IMG/VR virus record: IMGVR_UViG_3300012344_000011
Coordinates: 32,001-96,000 of that record
Direction: 5' to 3' (one strand)
DNA length: 64,000 nucleotides
DNA from: a virus
Taxonomy: Duplodnaviria; Caudoviricetes
Part shown: piece by piece, positions 20,578-32,260 of the stretch
Position numbering within the stretch: position 1 is the first letter of the stretch
Layout of the letters: every line of letters begins with the position of its first letter
The notes under the pieces: generated by a model
The model's input: only the letters and a program-made list of their open reading frames with translations
What the model was told of the DNA's origin: nothing
Database searches by the model: none
Made by a program: the position numbers and the translations under genes

Positions 20578-22218
20578 TTACTCAGTAATTTCACCCTCAT
20601 AAACTTTGATGAATTGAGCGGTAGCAGCTGCCGGTGCAACACTAACTGCTTCTGTGATAGTAATATCTTTTGAAATAGCAGTAATGTAACCTTCAGTCGC
20701 AGTGCATTTTGCTTTCGCTACAACAGAACCATCTGCTGTTGTTGCATTAGCATCAATCTTGATGAACTTACCAGTCGTTGCCTGTGCTTCTGTATATACG
20801 GCTGGTGTAACAAAGTTTTCACCTTTAGCGAAAGAAGTTGTTACTGTTGTTGAAGGAGCTGTAACAGCAGAAGGTTGCTTAGCAATGGTATGATCAGCAT
20901 CTTTGATCTTTACATAGTAAGAACCAGAAGCCTCAGAACCACCAGTAACAGTAGCAGCAGTACCAGTTGTACCTTCTAATGCATAACCAGTCTTACCAAT
21001 AGAAGGAGTTACAGTAGCAGTACTCTCAATCGCAGCAGCACTAACAACTACATAGTGACCATCAGCAGGTGCTTCTGTAGTAATAGCATCAGATAAAGCA
21101 GTGCTTGTATCTTCTTTCGCGATAACAGGCTTAACAGTAATGTTAGCTTTGTCCGCTGTGGCCTTAGCAGTAGCAGCGTCAACCTTCGCGGCAACAGTTG
21201 CAGTACCAGAGATAGCACCTGTACCAGTTAGTTCCTTCTTTGCATAACCAACTGTCTCAACACCAACATTGGCAGTACCAGAGATTGCGCCAGTACCAGC
21301 AACCACAAATTTACCATCTTCACCAAGAGTAAACGTTACAGCATCAACAGTAGCAGCAGCATCGTTAGCAACGATAGTACTAAGAGTTGCATCATCCATA
21401 GTACCAGCAACTAGCTTACCATCTTTGTCATAAACAGAAACGGTTTTGTAAATTAGATTACTATTACCACTTTCACCAGCAACAACAGTAGCTTCATCAG
21501 GAACTAAGTCTGCTAATGGAATGTAAGTATTCTTAATATAACCTTCATTGATATATAAACCACTACCAGAGATAAGAACAGGAGCATTCTTTTCTGTATA
21601 ATTCTTCTGTGCTTCCTCTGTTACCTTGTTGAGTAATGTTGCTTCAGCGATTGGATAGAAAGCATCGCCACTAATATTTACTGTCGCAGTGTTCTTTGGA
21701 TCAACCCAACCAGCAGTAGCTACACTGGCACTACCTGCGGCGCTAGCCTTAACATAGAAGCCAGCAGTTGGCGCAGCATCTACCTTCTCGCCAAGAACTA
21801 CTCCATGACCTTCTGCAGAAGCAGTACCGCTACTTGCTAGAGCACCTTCCTTGACGTAAATCTTCTTTGATGCTTGCTCTGCATCTGCCTTTGCAACTGT
21901 AACAACGTCAGTCTCAGCCGCAAAACCAGCTTTACCAGCCTTAATACCAACTTTTACTTCTGGCGCAGTTGCATCGGCTGTAATTGTAATAGGATATTTT
22001 GTTACAGTCTCACTAGCAAAGTCATTCTCTGCCATTGCGACTGTTGCGATTACTGAGTTAGCAGACTTGACTTCATACTCTGCTTTTGGAGTAGTAATAT
22101 CAAGTTTAATGTTTTTGTCAACGTAAGTACCCGCTGTGTTTAAGGTTTTAGTTACTGTGCCGGCCTTGGTAATATCAACAGGTAGCACAAATTGATTCTC
22201 TACAACCTCAAGTGACAT
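20578..22218 (-). CDS. Ala/Thr/Val/Gly-rich probable virion surface or fibre protein
   Basis: 546-aa ORF, RBS AAGGAGG, repeated AGW/EGY-type beta motifs, last gene of the late half. Confidence 0.65.
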   Translation of the reverse strand: MSLEVVENQFVLPVDITKAGTVTKTLNTAGTYVDKNIKLDITTPKAEYEVKSANSVIATVAMAENDFASETVTKYPITITADATAPEVKVGIKAGKAGFAAETDVVTVAKADAEQASKKIYVKEGALASSGTASAEGHGVVLGEKVDAAPTAGFYVKASAAGSASVATAGWVDPKNTATVNISGDAFYPIAEATLLNKVTEEAQKNYTEKNAPVLISGSGLYINEGYIKNTYIPLADLVPDEATVVAGESGNSNLIYKTVSVYDKDGKLVAGTMDDATLSTIVANDAAATVDAVTFTLGEDGKFVVAGTGAISGTANVGVETVGYAKKELTGTGAISGTATVAAKVDAATAKATADKANITVKPVIAKEDTSTALSDAITTEAPADGHYVVVSAAAIESTATVTPSIGKTGYALEGTTGTAATVTGGSEASGSYYVKIKDADHTIAKQPSAVTAPSTTVTTSFAKGENFVTPAVYTEAQATTGKFIKIDANATTADGSVVAKAKCTATEGYITAISKDITITEAVSVAPAAATAQFIKVYEGEITE

Positions 22219-22248
22219 ATAGTCCTCCTTTATTTTTGCTTTGTTCTT

Positions 22249-22476
22249 TTATTCTCCATTATACACTTTGACGGTCACATCTTGTGAGCCGTCAAAGACA
22301 TAAGGACCAAGAGTTAGTTTTCCAGAATAAAAAGTTTTTCTTTGTAACTCATTATTCTCGTCATAATAATCAAGATGAATTTTTCCATCGTCCATAGTAA
22401 AAGAAAGTAGTCCATCTTGTTTTGGTGTATTTTTTAGTTTAGAGGAAGTTCCTCTTTTAAAAAAGACCTCTGCCAT
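22249..22476 (-). CDS. Small virion-associated protein
   Basis: MAEVFFKRG...DGLLSFTMDDGKIHLD, typical of fibre N-terminal modules; RBS AAGGAG. Confidence 0.6.
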   Translation of the reverse strand: MAEVFFKRGTSSKLKNTPKQDGLLSFTMDDGKIHLDYYDENNELQRKTFYSGKLTLGPYVFDGSQDVTVKVYNGE

Positions 22477-22490
22477 ACTACTCCTTTCTT

Positions 22491-22748
22491 TTACCCTAAT
22501 CTGCCCCATTCTAATTTAGCCGTTTGACCAGAAGTAGATGCGGCATATAAACGATATTTTCCAGTTTTTTCATCTATAGAATTAGATTTATTATAAACAT
22601 ATAACTGTCCATCATCAAGACAAATTGTAAAATAAACTTGCGGCATTAGCGTATCTTTTGTAGCAATCATTTGCTCTTTTGTTAAGACTAATCGCGCATC
22701 AATAGGGTCTTTACTAGTAATCTTAAAACCCTGCGGTAAAGTAATCAT
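22491..22748 (-). CDS. Hypothetical virion-associated protein
   Basis: 85-aa ORF with PIDAR motif; RBS GAGGAGG. Confidence 0.6.
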   Translation of the reverse strand: MITLPQGFKITSKDPIDARLVLTKEQMIATKDTLMPQVYFTICLDDGQLYVYNKSNSIDEKTGKYRLYAASTSGQTAKLEWGRLG

Positions 22749-22750
22749 TA

Positions 22751-23596
22751 TTATGCCTCCTCAAATTTATAAGTATATCTTTGTGGAGTTTCAAATGTAC
22801 TTGGAGTATCATCATAATAATAATAATAATCTGCATCTTCATTATAAGCAAAACCAATGCCAAATCCATTTACTATAATTGTATAACACGTAACGCCAAA
22901 AGCTTTTGGTAAAGCTAAAACAACGTACTCGTCATTAGTGAGAATATTTTTATATACATAACCCGCATCACTAAGCAAAGTCTGCTTTGTTACACCTGAA
23001 ACAGGTTTTAGACCAGCTAAACTTGTTGGCTTTACTTTTGATACACCTACATAGAGAGGTTTAGTTTCATCAACAGATACATTGAGTATTTTCTTTATAA
23101 TATCTGCTACAGAAGTATCAGCAGGAAATGTTGTTCCAGCTGGTACGCCACCAACTGCTGCGCCGCTAACAATTTGTTCTCCAATAGTAGTGTCAATATC
23201 ACCCAAGGAAATATCAGCTACGCCATTTTGTAAAATAGATTTTCCATTTACTTTTACATCACTAACTGCATTTTCTGTCAAAAAATTAGAGTCGTTTACA
23301 AGTTCAGATGTTTTTTTAGGCACATCAACTTGCTTGGCGATCTCAGAATAATCTTTTGACGTAATTACATAATCATTGCCTTGCGGACCGCGTAGTTCTT
23401 CTTTTTCATCTTGCGTCAAATCGTTGAATGTTAATGCATCGCCTTTAGGACCTTTTAGCGCGGCAAGCTGCTCAGGAGTAAAGTCATCATAAGTAAAGGC
23501 TTTACCAGGATCGCCTTTTTCTCCCTTTAATGCTCCTGCGCCTTTAAGAGATTCATTAACATATTTTTTTGCCAAGGCATAAGTTGCAATATCCAT
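22751..23596 (-). CDS. Collagen-like repeat protein
   Basis: GALKGEKGDPGK, GPKGD and GPQG triplets with FTYDDFTPEQL spacers. Confidence 0.7.
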   Translation of the reverse strand: MDIATYALAKKYVNESLKGAGALKGEKGDPGKAFTYDDFTPEQLAALKGPKGDALTFNDLTQDEKEELRGPQGNDYVITSKDYSEIAKQVDVPKKTSELVNDSNFLTENAVSDVKVNGKSILQNGVADISLGDIDTTIGEQIVSGAAVGGVPAGTTFPADTSVADIIKKILNVSVDETKPLYVGVSKVKPTSLAGLKPVSGVTKQTLLSDAGYVYKNILTNDEYVVLALPKAFGVTCYTIIVNGFGIGFAYNEDADYYYYYDDTPSTFETPQRYTYKFEEA

Positions 23597-23599
23597 ATG

Positions 23600-23776
23600 T
23601 TAGACCTCTTTTCATTCACCTTGGCTGTTCATCATATAGACAGAACCAGTACTGATGCAGATTGCTATTGATCCCATAGTGGCAGTTTGAGGAAGATTTT
23701 TGAAATCTTCCTCACTATCAAAAGCAAACTCTGCAACATCATAGTTTCTGTCGTATTGAGTTTGTTTAATTGCCAT
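23600..23776 (-). CDS. Small protein (58 aa), 1 TGA=Trp; missing from the ORF track
   Basis: MAIKQTQY...YMMNSQGE(TGA)KEV-TAA; RBS GGAGGT. Confidence 0.7.
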
Positions 23777-23779
23777 TGA

Positions 23780-24748
23780 TTACCTCCAAATTCTAATTGC
23801 ATCAATTGGCTCTCCATTGCCAGCATAATCATCACTTGATCCGCCTGTATCATAAGAACCAATCATTTCAGGTAACCATTCACCAGTAGTTCTAGTATGT
23901 ACTTGATAATGAACGTCAGAGTCGGGAATCCAAAGTTTTGTAATTGGACTATCGCCTACACCAGCTGCTCCATTTACAAAATCATCAGGATTATACTCGT
24001 AAACCCAATCAGGCTCTTCCCCTGATTCAACACCAACTCTATATTGACTTACATTACCAATAGAAATGTAGTAAATATCATTACCATAGATACCAGCGTA
24101 ATCATCATCAGTTGCGGTGCAGCTAGTACCAATTACTTTGTCTCGCCATTCTGTATCGTAGGTTTTATAATATGGTTGTGAAACCTCTTCTTCTTCCTCG
24201 TCGCTATCATCAGAGCCATCTGACTCTTCTGTTGGACCAATATAATGAAGGATTCCATCCCAGGGATAGTCATAATACCAGTGAATATAAGACTCATAGC
24301 TAGTTTGATCACCTGTTTGACCATAGATAGTTCCGTTCTCAGAAATGCAGAACTCACCAAGAATATCATTGCTAGGAGAACCATCAAGACACATTGCAGT
24401 ATGATTTACTTCGTTGAGGTAAACGTCTCCTCTAGAAGCACTAAAACTCATATCGTGCCATTCAAATAATCCTGAATCAACAAAGACAGAACGCATATTG
24501 CCTGTGTAAGTAGCTCCATCTAACAAGCCTTCGTACGAACTACCTTTTAATGCTTCTTGCCAACAATCAATTACAGCAGAAGAGCAATCTCTATCACCAA
24601 TATAGAACTCACTTGTATGCCCTTCACATTCGACATAAATAGAACCTAGTGAAGCGTCTCCCCATCTACTACCCTGCGAATAGCCAAACCTTTCATCGTT
24701 ACAAAGAGCTTCCATATTTGTAGCAGCAATATTTGCATAATTTGCCAT
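23780..24748 (-). CDS. Endolysin (NlpC/P60-CHAP-like cysteine peptidoglycan hydrolase)
   Basis: GYSQ..RWG, DCSS, YTGNM and GDVYLN...HTAM motifs; acidic linker; two DDYAG-type C-terminal repeats; follows holin-like genes. Confidence 0.8.
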   Translation of the reverse strand: MANYANIAATNMEALCNDERFGYSQGSRWGDASLGSIYVECEGHTSEFYIGDRDCSSAVIDCWQEALKGSSYEGLLDGATYTGNMRSVFVDSGLFEWHDMSFSASRGDVYLNEVNHTAMCLDGSPSNDILGEFCISENGTIYGQTGDQTSYESYIHWYYDYPWDGILHYIGPTEESDGSDDSDEEEEEVSQPYYKTYDTEWRDKVIGTSCTATDDDYAGIYGNDIYYISIGNVSQYRVGVESGEEPDWVYEYNPDDFVNGAAGVGDSPITKLWIPDSDVHYQVHTRTTGEWLPEMIGSYDTGGSSDDYAGNGEPIDAIRIWR

Positions 24749-24760
24749 TTTCTTTGCCTC

Positions 24761-25288
24761 CTATTTTTCTTGTGGTTTTTTATTTCTCGCTTTTGGATTG
24801 ATAGTTTGTTTTTCTTTTTCGTCATCTTTCTCTTCAAGATAATTATCTAAAGCAGTAGCTACAGAATCAATAGAGTTACCACTACCTTTATTAGCCACTG
24901 CATTAGCAACAGCAGTAATTAACTTTACGCCATCAATAGATTTATCGTGGCTGTTTTGATAATTCCATTTTGCGGCAGGGCTTATAGGGCAATCTTTGAT
25001 CATTAAGCATCATAGCAAAATTATTACAAAGATTGTTCCTACAACATATCCAATAGCAACAAGATCTTTGAAGAAGGCGGAGAGTCCTGCTGGTGTAGAT
25101 ACGTCTGGGTTAAAGGCTATTGTTGCTGTAGATAACATAAAGATACAACCAAAAATTAAAAGAAAAGTTCCTATTAGAGCCATAGAAATTCTAAATTTAG
25201 CTTTTGGGTGTAAGTTAGAAGGTTTAAAATCTGACAGTTTTATTTTTCCACGCATAGCATCGTGCGTATGTTTCGCTTCTTCTGTCAT
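24761..25288 (-). CDS. Two-TM membrane protein in the lysis cassette, 1 TGA
   Basis: ORFs 25010-25297 and 24761-25003 are in one frame, joined by TGA 25010 (VIILL-W-CLMIKD). Likely start is ATG 25288 after AAGGTGA. Confidence 0.7.
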
Positions 25289-25300
25289 TACATTCACCTT

Positions 25301-25600
25301 CTATTCTGATTGAGAATTACTAGATGGTAATAATTTTTCTACTGTTTCCTTTGAAGTGGTGCTTGCGGTGATTGTTGTTGCAGTAGAATTAGTATTGCTA
25401 CCTTCTCTTGCGGCATCTACATAAGCTTCGGCCGCAGCATAAATTGCAGTAGAAAGTGCGGTACAAATGATACCCGCTACCATTACTGTCTCATTACCAG
25501 TTGCAAAACCAGCGCAAGTTCCTCCAATAGAAGCTAGAAAAGCGGCGATTGCCATCCAGAATTTACGACTACCAAATTTTTGTAAAAAATTAGTGTTCAT
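25301..25600 (-). CDS. Holin
   Basis: KFGSRKFW, two hydrophobic helices and EAYVDAAR motif. Confidence 0.8.
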   Translation of the reverse strand: MNTNFLQKFGSRKFWMAIAAFLASIGGTCAGFATGNETVMVAGIICTALSTAIYAAAEAYVDAAREGSNTNSTATTITASTTSKETVEKLLPSSNSQSE

Positions 25601-25622
25601 AAGTTTCTTCTCCTTTCTAAAC

Positions 25623-25659
25623 AAAAAGAAAGACCGCACTCGGTGTAAAGTGCGGTCTT
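25623..25659 (-). terminator. Terminator-like hairpin directly upstream of the holin RBS
   Basis: AAGACCGCACT / AGTGCGGTCTT 11-bp stem with a T-rich tail on the - strand. Confidence 0.7.
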
Positions 25660-25670
25660 AGCCTGACCTC

Positions 25671-25946
25671 TTATAAATTAAGACGGTCGATTCTATCATT
25701 AGCACGTTTGGCTTCGTTCTCCGCAGAAATTGCAATTGTTCTAACGTCTTGAAGATCTCTATTAAATGCTCTAACATCAACCTTTAAATCTTTAATGTCA
25801 TTAGAAATAAAGTCAAGACTTGTTTTTATCTCTGACGTTTCGCCTTTTTTTTCTTCTACATCAGACCGCATATTTCTGATCCAACCAGAGACACCAACAA
25901 GACAACCAATGATAGCAATTATAATAGAAATTGTTGCAATATCCAC
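25671..25946 (-). CDS. Single-TM coiled-coil protein (holin-associated type)
   Basis: N-terminal hydrophobic helix, heptad repeats, AKRANDRID C-terminus. Confidence 0.65.
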   Translation of the reverse strand: MDIATISIIIAIIGCLVGVSGWIRNMRSDVEEKKGETSEIKTSLDFISNDIKDLKVDVRAFNRDLQDVRTIAISAENEAKRANDRIDRLNL

Positions 25947-26009
25947 GTTCTTTCCTTTCTATGGTTATGCTATCTATTCTATTATTATATATTTTTTTGA
26001 AGGCGATAA

Positions 26010-26321
26010 TTATTCTAATTTGTCCATTTCTTTTGGGCAGTTTTCGCCGCATCTAATCAAATCTAATCTATCGTGTGCGGCATCTGCTTTTGCTTTGGTT
26101 TTTAGAGTTATTTCAAAACCTTCTTTGATATTTCCACGTATATCTTCTATTTGGCATTTCATGTCTTCAACATCAATAATCAAATGATTAATTCTTGCTT
26201 CTAGTGTTTGTAATTTATATGAAAGATTGCTTGCATTATTTTTTCTACTTTGTTTTAGACCAAAAAGACCAGCCACACAACCGATTAAGGCAACTGCTAT
26301 ATATATTATATCAAAATTCAT
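26010..26321 (-). CDS. Single-TM coiled-coil protein, probable paralog of the neighbouring gene
   Basis: IGCVAGLFG helix and ADAAHDRLD C-terminus. Confidence 0.6.
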   Translation of the reverse strand: MNFDIIYIAVALIGCVAGLFGLKQSRKNNASNLSYKLQTLEARINHLIIDVEDMKCQIEDIRGNIKEGFEITLKTKAKADAAHDRLDLIRCGENCPKEMDKLE

Positions 26322-26322
26322 A

Positions 26323-29300
26323 TTATGAAGTCACCTTCCAAGTTCCAAGCGCGCGATATGAATATTTACCAGTAACATCACCAGATGTAGCTCGAAGCAA
26401 AAACACTTGTGGTGTTTGTAGATTACTCAAACCACTTCCAGTTTCAACTATAAATGCATTGTCTGAGGATATAAAATTACAATCGCAATGTTTAATCGAA
26501 GTAAATAGTTTAGTATATTTTGTTCCTCTAATTGTTACACTAAATTTTAATGAAGACGACAATGAAGTATTACCAGGAAATCCGTTAGTATGTCCAGTAC
26601 CGCTATCATATAACGATCCCCATGAAGATGATACTGAAACTGTTGTTGAAGAAGTCTGTCCCCAACATTCAGCCACTCCGCTTGCTCACATTCTATATGT
26701 CCAAAAATCACATTTGCCTTGAGCAACAATATAGTCTGCTATTGGAGTAGTCCAAGCAACTGGTGTTCCGTTACTAAAATAAACTGGCTGTTTATTATTA
26801 ACACCAACAGTGGAAATACTCAATTTATTAGCAGTTTTAGCATTTGTTGCGCTCTCAGCAGTTTTAGCATTTGTTGCGCTCTTAGCGGTCTCAGCACTTA
26901 CAGCACTCGTTGCAATAATTTGTGCCCCAGAATTTTCTTTAATTTTTAAAACACCGCTAGCCAATGTAACATCACCATTTAGCGTAGCTCCCATATTACA
27001 ATTCAAAGAAATAGAATTTTTATAATTTAATGCAATTTCTTTGTGATAATCTAATGCAACAATATTATTGTCTTTTCTTATAACAATATCACTATTCAAT
27101 AGATTGATTTGATCTTTATCTACAAAGAATGTTGCACCATCTCCTGGCGCAGGCGTATAAGCAGAACAAGATGGTCCTTTCTCTACCTTTAAGGTATCTT
27201 TAAAATTTTGTTCATCTGCGCTTGATGCAGAAGATATTGTAATTGTTCCCTCAAGAGATAAAAAAGTATATTTCGTAGTATCTTTTCCTATATCTGGTGT
27301 CAAAGGAATTTCATCTTTTTTAACGATAAATTCTACATCACTTGAAATAGAATACGTTCCAGTCTCAGGTATCTCTACTGTTGCAACATAGCCCACAAAA
27401 TCTTTTTGTTTGACGAGATTTCTTCCTCCTGTTACAACAATATCCCTACCATCATTTTTCTTCTGCGGAGGATAGATTGCAAATCCTTGTGTGCAGCTTG
27501 TTTCCATATTGTTTATAAAACCAGAAGATGAACTTGGTGCACCAATAGAAAGACCAGTTCCTCCTGCAAGGAAGTCAATAGTAAAAAATGATTGAGTCAA
27601 GTAATCTGTCGCAGAAACAGACCAAATATTGTCACTACCACTAAGTACAAGCTCAACCTTATATTGTGAATCAACTAAAAAACCTCCTTTTGGAAGCTCT
27701 AGGCAATAACTAAAAGATTGCGATTTTTCCCCATAATCAAATAATGGAGGGGTGTTATTTGAAAGACGGTAAAAGGTAACACCGCTCTTTTCACTATCTT
27801 CGTCATTGATTTTTACTTTTAGGGTAACCACTTTTGGTTTTATAGAGCTATCTGCATAAGGCTGTGTCTGAACCAATGCTCCTGTAATTTTTGCATACAC
27901 ACCGTCATCATCTAAAGAACCATCTTTCTTACATCTCATCAAAGTAAAATTTAGTATTTGCGGTTGAAAGATAACGGGTGTCAATTTTACTGTTAATTTA
28001 GGACTTTCTTTACTTCCAAGGATATAAGAATTTTCTGTATTTGAATCTTTAGTCATTTCAGAAGTAGACAAATAATATTCAGTACCAGATTCAATTAGTT
28101 TTCCACTATAAATCCAGCCACTAAACTTATTTGTTTTTGTGCTTTCACCTTGAGGTGTCAAGTAAATTCCTAAAAGTTCTTCTGAATTATCCTTGTATAT
28201 TGGCGTTTCTGGCTCTTCAATGCGAATATTTATCTCAACAGGTTTTGTAAAGACTTTCTCTGACTGTCTTACGTAAAAAGTTTTATTGCTTTCATTGTCT
28301 ACTTTACAAATTGTTTTAGGCGATAAATACTTAATAATCGAAGAAAAATCTTCATTTTCAGAAACTTCCCATTTACGTTCTTTTGCTTCTTTATATATTT
28401 TCGTAAAATTTGTTATAGTAATTTTTCTTTTTATTTTTGTCAAAGTGTATGGAGTTGCTTCTTGTTCTCCTTTAAACCAAAGAGAAAGCGTATATTTGTT
28501 AGACTCATTGTTATGTGTTTCTTCAACCTCTTCTAAGAAAGAAGTCTTTATGTCATCAGACGTTATTATTTGTGTTTCTGGCAATGTAATTGATTCATCT
28601 ACAATAGCAGTTTTAAGGTTTGTTCAAATTGGCTTAGTGAATGTTATGTCTTTTGTTACTATATATGCACCATTCTTTGTTTGCTCTTTTTCATCTTTGG
28701 TTTTCCAGTCAATAAAATTTTTGGTAGTAGTTATTGTTCTTGTTGCTATTTTAGTCTCTGTTAGAGAAGAATTGTTTGGATCTGTCTGTGTTATATATGT
28801 ATGCTTTATTATTTCTGACGTTATTTTAGATTGAACACCAAACTCTTTGTTAAGATCAATTTTATTGCCAGCAGTAAGATGAAAAGTCTTATTAATATTA
28901 ATTTTATCTTTATCATCATAAACAAAAGTAATGTCATAGATTTTGTCCCATTGAGCATAAATACTAATAACATTATCTGGATTTGTTACAGAAAAATATT
29001 TATCTTTAGCATAAATTGTATTTCCTATTTTTCATCCTGCAAATTTATATCCATCTTTTGTTGGTTTTATTTCTGGAAAATATACATTAGTTGTTACATT
29101 AGAAAGAATTTTTTTTGATTCTGTTTTCCAAAGTTTATCTCCATTATAATATTTTAGCGTGATAGTTTTCTTTTCTTTGGCTGGAATTGTGATCCAAAAG
29201 TCTAAAGAATCCGCTGAGATACTATGAAAACTTCCATTATAAGCAGTGCCAGTTGAACTGTCCCAACTTATTGTAAGATATATAGCATAACTAGAATCTT

Positions 29301-29568
29301 TTCTAGTATAAGTATAAGTAGCAAAAGTATCTATAGAACGTTCACCAGATCCAGACCCCCAAGAATAAGGCCCTCACTCATTCGTTGTACCATCATTCTT
29401 GTATAATGTCTCTCAATAATTACCACCAAAATTGTCAGTATAATAATAATCATAACGATAAATCTCTGGGGAAATAAAGTAATTATCATCATTTTGACTC
29501 TCATGCCAGTCTACACCAATTCGTAAATTGTCATTTGTACCAGGCACAACTTTCCAATCAATACCCAT
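26323..29568 (-). CDS. Tail fibre / receptor-binding protein (~1081 aa), 5 TGA=Trp
   Basis: Single frame from ATG 29568 with TGA at 29413, 29374, 29032 (PTKDGYKFAGW), 28624 and 26686 (WTYRMWASGVAECWG). Also an FTIDFLAGGTGLSIG motif. Confidence 0.85.
26831..26886. repeat. Tandem 27-bp repeat (2 copies) encoding an AKTAESATN-type fibre linker
   Basis: GCAGTTTTAGCATTTGTTGCGCTCT(C/T)A occurs twice in tandem. Confidence 0.9.
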
Positions 29569-29569
29569 C

Positions 29570-32260
29570 TTATCCCTCCTTCTTATTGACTAGCCATTTT
29601 AGACCAATATTTTTTTCGCCAGTTCTTAAATAATCAGACCCTTCTCTTTTTTGCCATATGAAAGAACTTATTTGTTGTCTATCTAAGATCTGAGTTCTTT
29701 TGACATATAGTTTATCTTTTGTAAAATAAGCAATAGGTATTTGCGGCGATCCATCAGAAAAAAATCCAAGACCTTTATCTGTCGCAATTAGATTAACATT
29801 TTTTTGATCAGATGTATCGTCTTGTGTGATCCATCCTAGATATGTACTTATATCTTGATTGCCCTTATTTTCAATAATATCGTCTAAAGTTTTCTTCCCG
29901 CTAGCAGAGGTAAGAAGAAAACCAATTTTACTATTATAAACAAATTTATCATTTAGACTAAAACAAGCGGGAGTTCCAGTTGTTTCCTTTGTGTTTACAG
30001 AAAAGTCAGTTCCACTCAAAGTCATTTTTCCATTTCCAGGAGTTTCAATATCAACTTGAGAGGATGAAATACTAATATGACTACCTTCAATTGAATTTCC
30101 TATAATAATATTTGGAATATTACCTTCTGTAGATAGCTTTATTAATTCAAGCTCTTTACTATCAACGGTTTCAGACATTATAATACCAGAACTATTCATT
30201 TTTAAGTTATTACCATTTGAAGTTAATTGAATTGGAAAATCACCATTGTTAATTTCTACTGCTTTATTTTTAGTAGCCAAAGAAGATATAACTGTTTCTG
30301 AATTAATAGATAACTTTTGATCCTTATAAACAATAGCATCTTTACCAAGAGAAAAAGTTCCGTTATTGTTAAAATAAAAACTAGGAGTTGAGCCGCCTTC
30401 CACGGAAGAAGAAAGACCAGTTTCAGTTATTATAAGTCCACCAATAATTCCTTTTGTAGCAGAAACAGACCCGCTTTTACTTATTGAAAAAATAGGTTCA
30501 CCATTAACATTTTGTTTACAAGTTAGAAAATCTTCTTCAGATGAAATTGTAACCATAGACCCATCTGCTCCAATAGAAGAAAGACTATTAGTATTGATAG
30601 CAAAACCACCAATTTTTCCGCTAAAGGCTTCAATATTTCCCTTTACTGATAATAAAGATGTCGTTTTTTTCGTCTCTTCATTTTTTTCATTGATTAAAAA
30701 TAAAGTAGGTGACTTTATATTGCCAGAATTTAAATCAATAGAAAGTCCGTTAGTAGAAAAAAGTTCATCTTTGTCTTCTTCATAATTAAGAGATTTCAGT
30801 ACACCAGCTTTGATGATATTAGCACTTAAAAAATTTGTTACCAATGAATAATTATTATTACTATCTTTTTCAACACCCCAGCAGCCACTATATTTTTCCC
30901 AGTTTACTTTAGAGATTTCTTCCTCGTTAAAACCTAGCAAGTACTTTGTGACAGCTAATTGATCTTTTAATGTCTGAGAAGAATCTATTGCTTTATTTGT
31001 TGAATCTATTGGAAAACACCAATCTGTCGATGCATCTCCTTCTTCTAATTTTAAAGTTTTTGCCTCTATTCTTACACTAGTAAAAGTGGTAGCAGATGTA
31101 TCTTCACTTTCTGTAAATGAAAAACAAACAGCTCAAACATACTCATTTGTTTTTAAATCTTCTATTTGAAGGCATTTTTTAAAAATAACACTTTCTGTTT
31201 TTATATTTATGTTTTCTACAGAAATTCTTCTCTCTTCTTTTGTCTGTCTAGATCCGATTATTATAGAGACATTTAATACAACCGTTCTATTTGCAGTTGC
31301 CCTGAAAGATAATGTATAAAACCCTTTATTCATAATTTTTTCAACATTTGTAACAAGAATAGATCTGGTAATAACATTATTATTTTTTTCACATTCTTTT
31401 TCTTCTTCATTAATAATTATATCTTTTTCAGTATCTTTCAATAAATTTTCATTAGATCCATTCATTGTAGATTTAGAAATAGAGAGATCGTCGTTGAGCA
31501 ATCCTAGCCTTCCTGCTTTTGAAATACCAAACCAACTATTATCATTAGTTTTAAAAGCGAGGGCGTTGCGATTAACTCTAAAATATTCTGATATATTTTC
31601 ATCTTCATTAGATACCATATCATCGTGCATCGAAAGAAAGTCTTTACCAGCCTCTAAACGTGAACTTTTTGCATAACCAAGCGTTGTTGTAGTTCCAAAT
31701 TGTGCATAAGGTTCATTCGTTTTATCATTCGCTGCACTATATAAAGAAACACCATTAACACCATACTGTGCTATTACTTTGTCATTAGTATCACCTTTAT
31801 TTTTATACTTAAAAGCTAAAGAAGTATTTCCAAGACTAGCTTTAAAACCACTTTTTTTACTATTGTATATATCTAATGTAGCACCCTCTCCATCTTTAGA
31901 AGAGAACTCCATAATATCTGCGGAGCTAATAGAAGTCATATACCATTTTTCGTGAGAACACATAAAGTTCACTGTTTGATTATCTGCCCAGCCATTTACA
32001 CTTGTATTTGTCAAAGGCTTGCTTCCTGCATAAACTGGGAACTCACTTTTGCCTACCCGCAAAGAAACATTTGCTGCGGTGTTTGCATAACTAAAAGTAA
32101 TTGAAATTTGAACACCGTCCAAAGGTGCGACTTCCTTGTCAAACGTACATACTTTGATAGAAGCATTTCCCTCTGTAGCACAGCTACCAGTATAAACGCC
32201 AATACCTTGAGCATCTAATTTTCCTTTTGTTACTACTAATGAATTTGACACACTAGCCAT
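29570..32260 (-). CDS. Tail spike/fibre-like protein (~896 aa), 1 TGA
   Basis: Two track ORFs in one frame joined by TGA 31133; KLEEGDASTDW and GKIGGF/GIIGGL repeats. Confidence 0.8.
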
